Assembly (NCBI GenBank): GCA_030614005.1
Contig: JAUWKS010000073.1
Coordinates: forward strand, 1-14,794
Direction of reading: 5' to 3'
Origin: Candidatus Heimdallarchaeota archaeon
GTDB taxonomy: Archaea > Asgardarchaeota > Heimdallarchaeia > JABLTI01
Length of the DNA stretch: 14,794 nt
Positions 8,809-14,794 of this stretch are shown piece after piece. The position numbers and the translations under genes were made by a program. Within the stretch, counting starts at the first letter, position 1. Each line of letters begins with the position of its first letter. The notes below the pieces were generated by a model. It saw only the letters and a list, made by a program, of their open reading frames with translations. It searched no databases and was not told the DNA's origin.

Positions 8809-9222
8809 CAAATAATACGATTGCTAAATTTGTTTTATTGCTTTCTAAATCGAAAGAAACAATTATTCTTTCACTCATATTAAAGACCTTTGAACAATAA
8901 TTTGAAATAGTTGAAAATTATTGGTTAACTAAAAGGATTTATAAATGATTAGACTACAAATTAAAAATAAGGAGTTTTTTTGGCATTAACTGCTGTAATC
9001 TCATATTGTGGATAAAACCATTTTAGAAAAAATTTCCAGTAGTAAATCTAACTCTTCATTAGAGAAGAAACTTGAAAACAAACACAACGAAAATTAAAGT
9101 TAATATTTGAACTATACTAATGGTCGCCAAAAAAGATTGAATTTTAAAATAATATACACGGATAAACAATCTATCTCTGTTGTAAATAAAAAAAATTACT
9201 TTGTAATGAGAGAGAACAAAAA

Positions 9223-11136
9223 ATGCTAATTAGTCAAGAAACATTGGATGAAATTAAATCGAAGATTCTAGCGAAAACACCTCCATCTGCAGATATATCT
9301 GAAATTGAATTTGAAGGACCAGAAGTGGCAGTTTATTCTCGTAATCCTCAGATACTGGTTGATAATGGTGAACTTGTTAAAAATTTAGCTAAGGAATTAC
9401 GTAAACGTATTGTTATTCGTTCCGATCCATCTGTTCGTATGAAGCAAGATAAAGCTAAAACAATTGTTGAAAAACTCGTCCCTAAGGAAGCAGAAATAAC
9501 CTCGATTCAATTTGATTCCAATATTGGCGAAATTCTTATTGAAGCTGTTAAACCTGGCCTTGTTATTGGAAAAAGTGGTGAAACTTTACGAAAAATAACC
9601 TCGGAAACGTTTTGGAGACCTAGCGTTTCAAGAACTCCACCTTTAGACTCACGTATTGTTAAAACTGTGAGAAATATTCTATTTACTGAAAGTGAGGCGC
9701 GCAAAAAAATATTGCGAAAAATAGGTCGAAGAATTCACCGAAAACAAATGTTTGATACGAATTGGGTTCGAATTACATCATTAGGTGGGTATCGAGAAGT
9801 AGGGAGAAGTGCAACTTTACTAAGAACTCCCGAAAGTAATATCTTAATTGATTGTGGAGTGAATGTCGGTCGTAATTCATCGAAAGAAATGTTTCCAAGA
9901 TTAGATGCTTTGGAATTTTCGATTGAGAATTTGGATGCTGTTGTTATAACACATGCTCATCTTGATCACAGTGGCTTTTTACCTTACCTTTTCAAATATG
10001 GTTATGAAGGACCTGTTTATACGACCAAAGCAACAAGCAATTTAATGACATTACTTCAAATTGATTATTTGGATGTAGCTAAAAAAGAAGGAAAACTTCT
10101 TCCATACATACAAAAAGATGTTAAAAAAACTGTTCTTCACACTATTCCATTAAATTATGGAGAAGTCACTGATATCTCACCTGATGTCCGTTTAACACTT
10201 CATAATGCAGGGCACATTTTGGGATCAGCAATAGTGCACTTACATATTGGTAATGGACTTTACAATATGGCAGTTGCTCAAGATTTTAAATATCGACAAA
10301 CTAATCTTTTAGATTCTGCAGTTTCAAAATTCCCACGACTGGAAGCGCTCTTTATGGAATCTACTTATGGTAATCCGCAGGATATAATGCCTTCCAATAA
10401 AGAAGCTGAAACTCATATTAGAAATGTTATAAGTGCTACCTTAGAAAGAGGTGGAAAAGTACTCATCCCAGTTTTAGCAGTAGGGCGTGCACAAGAATTA
10501 CAAATTGTGATAGAATCCTTGATTGCAAAGAAATTAGTACCTGCCGTTCCAGTTTATTTAGATGGTATGATATCAGAAGCTTCAGCTGTGACAACTTGTC
10601 ATCCTGAATATCTTAGCCGGAAACTTCGTGAGAAAATATTCCACATTGGTCAAAATCCATTCTTAGCTGAATGTTTCCATAGAGTGCAAGGAAGAGATGA
10701 AAGAAAACAAATCATAGGTGGAGATCCTTGTATTATTCTTGCAACTAGTGGTATGTTAACTGGTGGTCCTTCTGTTGAGTATTTTGAGAAACTATCTGGA
10801 GATTCAAAGAATTCCATTCTTTTCGTTTCTTATCAGGGTGAAGGTTCACTTGGTAGAAAAATACAGAAAAATGTTAATGAAATAACCCTTATGGAAAAAG
10901 GACATGCGCGAATGTTGCGAATTGATATGGAAGTTCATACTATCATTGGTTTCTCAGGTCATAGTGATCGAAAAGAGCTTCTAAATTACGCTCGTAAAGT
11001 GAGTCCCCGACCGGAAAAAATCTTCCTGATACATGGTGAGAAAAGCAAATGTATCTCTTTAGCATCAACATTGCATAAAATGCTCAAAGTTGAAACAAAA
11101 GCTCCAGAAGTACTTGAAACAATTCGATTATGTTAA
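9223..11136 (+). CDS. aCPSF1: Archaeal CPSF1 / FttA beta-CASP ribonuclease (KH domains + metallo-beta-lactamase + beta-CASP), transcription termination factor
   Basis: 637 aa. N-terminal KH region (EFEGPE...RIVIRSDP; KPGLVIGKSG), GGYREVGRS, MBL motif HAHLDH, HNAGHILGS, MESTYG, PVLAVGRAQE, GFSGHSD, HGE, and the typical C-terminal AP..LETIRL. Confidence 0.97.
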   Translation: MLISQETLDEIKSKILAKTPPSADISEIEFEGPEVAVYSRNPQILVDNGELVKNLAKELRKRIVIRSDPSVRMKQDKAKTIVEKLVPKEAEITSIQFDSNIGEILIEAVKPGLVIGKSGETLRKITSETFWRPSVSRTPPLDSRIVKTVRNILFTESEARKKILRKIGRRIHRKQMFDTNWVRITSLGGYREVGRSATLLRTPESNILIDCGVNVGRNSSKEMFPRLDALEFSIENLDAVVITHAHLDHSGFLPYLFKYGYEGPVYTTKATSNLMTLLQIDYLDVAKKEGKLLPYIQKDVKKTVLHTIPLNYGEVTDISPDVRLTLHNAGHILGSAIVHLHIGNGLYNMAVAQDFKYRQTNLLDSAVSKFPRLEALFMESTYGNPQDIMPSNKEAETHIRNVISATLERGGKVLIPVLAVGRAQELQIVIESLIAKKLVPAVPVYLDGMISEASAVTTCHPEYLSRKLREKIFHIGQNPFLAECFHRVQGRDERKQIIGGDPCIILATSGMLTGGPSVEYFEKLSGDSKNSILFVSYQGEGSLGRKIQKNVNEITLMEKGHARMLRIDMEVHTIIGFSGHSDRKELLNYARKVSPRPEKIFLIHGEKSKCISLASTLHKMLKVETKAPEVLETIRLC

Positions 11137-11140
11137 GAGC

Positions 11141-11161
11141 TTTCTTTCCTTTTTTCTTTTT
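11141..11161 (+). terminator. U-rich archaeal terminator tract directly after the aCPSF1 stop
   Basis: TTTCTTTCCTTTTTTCTTTTT, an uninterrupted 21-nt pyrimidine run beginning 5 nt after the TAA. Confidence 0.6.
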
Positions 11162-11645
11162 ATAATTTCATTTTCCAGATATTGTCATTGACATAATGGA
11201 TGCTTTTTATGGCTTTTCCTTTTGTCATTTCTTTAATTTCTTTACCATCAAAAAGTAATTCTCCAATAGCAAGTGCTTTGCCAAAGTTCTCATCGATAAT
11301 CATAATTATTGTTCCTGCTTTCAAATCATCTGCTATTTGTGTTATACCAGGAGCCATTACATCAGCTCCATTTGTAACGTATGGTACTGCACCCATGTCA
11401 ACAGTTACAGAAGGCATTTTTACTAATCCTTCATTTAGCACACGAAGGCTAGGAAATATTCTCTCTCCAATTTTGAAGGCTAATATCTTTTTATTTTCAG
11501 CGTAAAATTCGCCAATATCTGCTACTACTAATTCTGCTCCCTTCTCAAAAAGAATTTCTGCTTCTTCTCCTATAACTTCTTGTAATTTTTCTTTGAGCTC
11601 CTTGAAATCCTTTTTTCTCATTGCATGTCTACGAGTAATTTCCAT
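11160..11645 (-). CDS. PUA-domain RNA-binding protein (DUF1947 + PUA; MCT-1/Tma20-like archaeal family)
   Basis: 161 aa. N-terminal RRH.MRKKD.KEL, then IFPSLR, VTVDMGAVPYVTNGADVMAPGI, ALAIG and GKAIKSIHYVND, characteristic of the PUA domain of this family. Confidence 0.9.
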   Translation of the reverse strand: MEITRRHAMRKKDFKELKEKLQEVIGEEAEILFEKGAELVVADIGEFYAENKKILAFKIGERIFPSLRVLNEGLVKMPSVTVDMGAVPYVTNGADVMAPGITQIADDLKAGTIIMIIDENFGKALAIGELLFDGKEIKEMTKGKAIKSIHYVNDNIWKMKL

Positions 11646-11793
11646 TGCAGGCCATCCTTTGTTATTATTTCAAAAGTTATTTTGATTATTTTTTATTCTT
11701 TTGGAAACATTGGTCATATTTTTTTCATTGAGTTTAATGCACAAGTAATCAAAGCTCTTAAATTTATACAAAACTTAACAAGATTGAATATTT

Positions 11794-11810
11794 AAGAAAG
11801 CATTTAAAAA
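11794..11810 (+). promoter_or_regulatory. Candidate BRE-TATA promoter of the Sm gene
   Basis: AAGAAAG-CA-TTTAAAAA, about 60 bp upstream of ATG 11871. A GGAG Shine-Dalgarno-like motif lies at 11858-11861. Confidence 0.35.
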
Positions 11811-11870
11811 CTAATAGCTTTCATTGAAGAACAGAGTGTTCTAATCTTATATTCCTTGGAGAATAGTAAA

Positions 11871-12137
11871 ATGAGCAAACAGCAACCAGAAAGACGTTTG
11901 AGCAAAGATAGACCTATGGATCTTCTTTCAATGTCACTTGGAGGAATTGTCTTAGTGAAATTGAAAGGCGGACGCCAATTGAGAGGTAAACTGAAGAATT
12001 ACGATCCACATCTTAATTTAACTTTAGAAGATGCTGAGGAAATCCTAGATGATGGAAACAATTCCTTAGGAACAATCATCTTACGTGGTGACAATGTTAT
12101 AATCATTAGTCCACCTCCTGCAGTAGATAAGAAATAG
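11871..12137 (+). CDS. Archaeal Sm-like (Lsm/SmAP1-type) RNA-binding protein
   Basis: RPMDLL, VLVKLK, G.L..YD.HLNL.L (Sm1 motif) and IILRGDNVIIISP (Sm2 motif). ATG 11871 is preferred over TTG 11856 because GGAG lies 9 nt upstream of it. 88 aa. Confidence 0.93.
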   Translation: MSKQQPERRLSKDRPMDLLSMSLGGIVLVKLKGGRQLRGKLKNYDPHLNLTLEDAEEILDDGNNSLGTIILRGDNVIIISPPPAVDKK

Positions 12138-12181
12138 AAACAAAAGATTACAAGTAAAGATGACTTTTATTCTCATCTAAA

Positions 12182-12215
12182 CTTTTTCTTTCTATAGAGT
12201 TTTCTTCTGTTCTTT
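12182..12215 (+). terminator. Possible U-rich terminator of the Sm gene
   Basis: T-rich tracts CTTTTTCTTTCT...TTTTCTTCTGTTCTTT starting about 45 nt after the stop. Confidence 0.35.
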
Positions 12216-12410
12216 AATATTCAAAGATTTTACATTAATTACTACATTATCAATGATTTTTTTTAACTACTTTGCTTCAAAGAATATTTCAAGATGAAAT
12301 TAAAAGATGCTCATCATAATTAGCTCAATTTGTATTTTACTAAAATCCTATAGTTATTTTTCGCAACTAAATTCAAAACTATTAATTTTAAATTCTGGAA
12401 ATTGATTGAT

Positions 12411-12443
12411 AAAAAAAGAAAGTAATAGGGAAATTCCTTCCCT
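12411..12443 (-). terminator. Hairpin plus U-tract terminator of the longin-GTPase-7TM operon
   Basis: The minus strand reads AGGGAA-GGAAT-TTCCCT (perfect 6-bp stem, 5-nt loop) then ATTACTTTCTTTTTTT, starting 20 nt after the 7TM stop codon. Confidence 0.55.
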
Positions 12444-12463
12444 CAATATACAAACAGTTGAAT

Positions 12464-13423
12464 CTATGGATCAGCTACTTCCATGACAGTTTGTATTTCT
12501 GTCTTAGAAGTCTCAGAAGAGATAAATGAATATTTCTGAGTTGTCTTCTTCTTATCTAAGGACTTTACTATCCAAGCTTTTCCTCTTATGGCTTTCTTTA
12601 ACCAGTCTGGAAGAATCCAGCCAAGATAAGCAAAAACTACTACAGCTATGTTGAAAAGAATTCTAATGATATTAACGACAACTACGAGAGTACCAACATT
12701 AGTTATTGCTTCTTGAGTGAAGAGAATAGCAACTGCTCGTTCGAGAAAGATAAAAATAACCGAAATTAAAATAAGAGTAACTCCTGTTCTTGCTACTTTT
12801 TCCTTCAAATTTCTGCGAATGACAATTAACCTGTAGATAATTCTCACAAAGATAATCAGAATGATTGGCACAAAGATTACTAATGCAGCAAGCAAATGAG
12901 GAATAAACTGATATGTTCCAGTTCCTGCATAAGCAACATACTGTGTAAATCCTTCCTGATCAAGCCCCCAACCATAGATTCCTTCTGAAACACTAGGAAT
13001 ATATTCAGCTATTAATTCTGAAATCATCATTCCACCTAAAATTCCTAAGAGAAGTGTTAATGCTATTGAAGTAAATGATTTTGTTATATCACTATCTCGT
13101 AATATATGTCGGTTTGCAAAGTAATAGAAGAAAATGAAGCTAGCTAGATTGAGTATAAGGGAAATTATCTGTACGTATCCGTGAGCTAAAACAGAATTAT
13201 CACCAAATATCATTGATGCGTTAATCCAAGATCCCGCTTGAGTTAAAATATCTGCTAGAATAAATGTTCCGAAAAACAATAGCAAAAGACCTGTTCCAAC
13301 TGTTCTTTTTTTGAAGTAATTCCTAACGAGAATACCAAAAAAAACAATGAAAAAGGCACTACCAACAGCACCAAAAATAAGGTAAAACCAACCAGCATTT
13401 GTTACGCTTCCAAAAGCAACCAT
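12464..13423 (-). CDS. Seven-transmembrane protein of unknown function (receptor-like, predicted N-out/C-in)
   Basis: Likely start is ATG 13423 (MVAFGSV..., 319 aa), 1 nt after the GTPase stop and preceded by GGAGG. There are seven hydrophobic segments by eye, with basic clusters after TM1, TM5 and TM7 and a long loop between TM4 and TM5. Confidence 0.8.
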   Translation of the reverse strand: MVAFGSVTNAGWFYLIFGAVGSAFFIVFFGILVRNYFKKRTVGTGLLLLFFGTFILADILTQAGSWINASMIFGDNSVLAHGYVQIISLILNLASFIFFYYFANRHILRDSDITKSFTSIALTLLLGILGGMMISELIAEYIPSVSEGIYGWGLDQEGFTQYVAYAGTGTYQFIPHLLAALVIFVPIILIIFVRIIYRLIVIRRNLKEKVARTGVTLILISVIFIFLERAVAILFTQEAITNVGTLVVVVNIIRILFNIAVVVFAYLGWILPDWLKKAIRGKAWIVKSLDKKKTTQKYSFISSETSKTEIQTVMEVADP

Positions 13424-13424
13424 T

Positions 13425-13961
13425 TTATCGTTCCTCCATTTTTTCTTTAAACCAACTGAACGCTTCGATAATCCCTTCACCCGTTAAGGCAGAAGTCTCG
13501 AAGACCGCCCATTCTATTTCGTATTCAGTTTCTATTAAACCAAATCTCTTCACTAAATCAGCTTGACTAATTCGATCAGGTAAATCTTTTTTATTCAATA
13601 GAAGAAGTACGGGGATTTTTCCACCAATTTGATTAGCTAAGATGTCGTTAAAAATTCCTTTGGTTAAATCAAATCGCATATGATCAACACTATCAATAAC
13701 ATAAATAAGCGCATCTGTTTTTTCGTTTATCTCTTGCCAAATAGGCCGAAAATCTTCTTGCCCACCCATATCAAAGATATTTATTTGAAGTTTTGGAAAG
13801 TTAATAACTTCTCGATTGACTCCCATGGTTGGTGTTGTTTCTTTGAATTCTCCATGAATCAGGTAATTGATTATTGCTGTTTTCCCAGCTTTATCAAGAC
13901 CACAGATAGTCACAGTCACCGGTTTTGCTTTCTTTCTAAATAAGTTAAGTAAAAATGACAT
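13425..13961 (-). CDS. Arf/Arl-like small GTPase
   Basis: G1 GLDKAGKT, switch I TTPTMGVN, G3 FDMGGQ followed by FRPIW, YVIDSVD, G4 NKKD, G5 SALTGEG, and N-terminal amphipathic MSFLLNLFRKK. These match Arf-family signatures. SD GAGGT at 13969-13973. Confidence 0.93.
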   Translation of the reverse strand: MSFLLNLFRKKAKPVTVTICGLDKAGKTAIINYLIHGEFKETTPTMGVNREVINFPKLQINIFDMGGQEDFRPIWQEINEKTDALIYVIDSVDHMRFDLTKGIFNDILANQIGGKIPVLLLLNKKDLPDRISQADLVKRFGLIETEYEIEWAVFETSALTGEGIIEAFSWFKEKMEER

Positions 13962-13979
13962 TTGTATTACCTCTCACTT

Positions 13980-14480
13980 TTATTTCCAGAGATCATCTTG
14001 CATTGATACAGCAAATTCTTTGCCTGGATCTTCTTCACTCTTTTTTTCACTAGTAAAATCAAATTCTAATGTTACAACAGAGCTAATTTTTATTTTTACC
14101 TTTTCTTTACTTAATCCTTCATATAAATGAGGCAATATTTTAGTAATCATCTCGATATTGACCATTTGATTCTTTTCTAGTTCTGTAACTGTAAATGAGA
14201 AAAATCTTCGTATGTCTTCTCGCTTGTAATCAGATCCTTCAAAAACCGCTACTAAGGTCGCGATATTGTTTCTTTCTGCTCCTGGCACGCTAAATATATA
14301 GCTTTCAAAAACGCATTTATCTGCTGTACTTGATGAGAAGTCTCCTTCCTTTGAGCTCATTGGCATGCTTTTCAATACGATTTGATTCAAAGTGCTTTCT
14401 GGAACAACATCAGGATGAGCCTTTACTAATTCTAGACCTTTTTTCCCCATCTGTATTAAACATAAACTTATAGGTTTCAT
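13980..14480 (-). CDS. Hypothetical protein, putative longin/uDENN-like fold
   Basis: 166-aa ORF with SD TGAGGT (14487-14492). The by-eye secondary-structure order beta-beta-alpha-beta-beta-beta-alpha-alpha and the N-terminal hydrophobic strand-G-x7-P pattern fit longin domains. The fold call is inference. Confidence 0.6.
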   Translation of the reverse strand: MKPISLCLIQMGKKGLELVKAHPDVVPESTLNQIVLKSMPMSSKEGDFSSSTADKCVFESYIFSVPGAERNNIATLVAVFEGSDYKREDIRRFFSFTVTELEKNQMVNIEMITKILPHLYEGLSKEKVKIKISSVVTLEFDFTSEKKSEEDPGKEFAVSMQDDLWK

Positions 14481-14794
14481 TTTTTGACCTCATCAATTTG
14501 TTAATAACAAAACTAAAACTAGTTCTAACTATCAATTAACGTAGTTCTGTTTGTTATTGCTTTTTAAAGTAGTAGTCTATATAAATCTAACAATTTAGGC
14601 AATTACTGTTGCTACTCAATAATAAACAAATATGAATTTAACCAGCATTTTTTACTCTCAAAGTTACATCAAAATAATCTATACTATTGATAGTTTGCCA
14701 ATTTTGACATAAGCTGCTTAATGGTGTTGAAGAAAAATATATATCAGCCTTATATTTTTCAATTATTGAAAACATTCTAATAATCATTATTGAT

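Noticed and set aside
9008-9097. 29-codon GTG-start ORF (and other micro-ORFs) in the hsdR-aCPSF1 gap
   Set aside because: Too short, with no motif or convincing SD. Expected by chance.
9206-9229. 7-codon upstream ORF (MRENKKC) overlapping the aCPSF1 start
   Set aside because: Could be chance, and there is no evidence for translation or regulation from sequence alone.
12464-13423. 7TM protein as a microbial rhodopsin or heliorhodopsin
   Set aside because: No retinal-binding lysine in TM7 and no recognisable retinal-pocket motifs.
13424-13480. Longer start (13480) for the 7TM protein
   Set aside because: It would overlap the GTPase by 56 bp and add a basic, non-membrane leader. ATG 13423 has a GGAGG SD and abuts the GTPase stop.
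9507-14130. ORFs 9507-9704(-), 11200-11505(+), 13680-13943(+), 13867-14130(+)
   Set aside because: Antisense to well-supported genes (aCPSF1, PUA, GTPase, longin-like) with no independent evidence.
1-14794. CRISPR array, tRNA/rRNA, IS element or integrase
   Set aside because: No regularly spaced repeats, GC-rich structured RNA segments, terminal inverted repeats or recombinase motifs were seen in any intergenic gap or ORF.

Overview
AT-rich archaeal chromosomal window, most likely from an Asgard archaeon. This is inferred from core archaeal genes (aCPSF1/FttA, Sm protein, PUA protein) sitting next to an Arf-like small GTPase. It has three blocks. (1) 1-8736, probable defence island: a 5'-truncated YprA/MrfA-type SF2 helicase with a DUF1998-like C4 zinc motif, fused to a C-terminal calcineurin-like metallophosphoesterase, converging on and overlapping a complete type I restriction-modification operon (hsdR-hsdS-hsdM, minus strand). 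(2) 9223-12137, RNA-metabolism housekeeping genes: aCPSF1, a PUA-domain protein and an Sm protein. (3) 12464-14480, a tightly coupled minus-strand three-gene operon: putative longin-fold protein, Arf-like GTPase with an N-terminal amphipathic helix, and a 7-TM membrane protein with predicted N-out/C-in (GPCR-like) topology. The best candidates for undescribed systems are block 3 (possible receptor/GTPase/regulator module) and the helicase-phosphoesterase fusion beside the R-M system. No rRNA, tRNA, CRISPR array, integrase or transposase was recognised. All family calls are by-eye motif recognition, not database searches.
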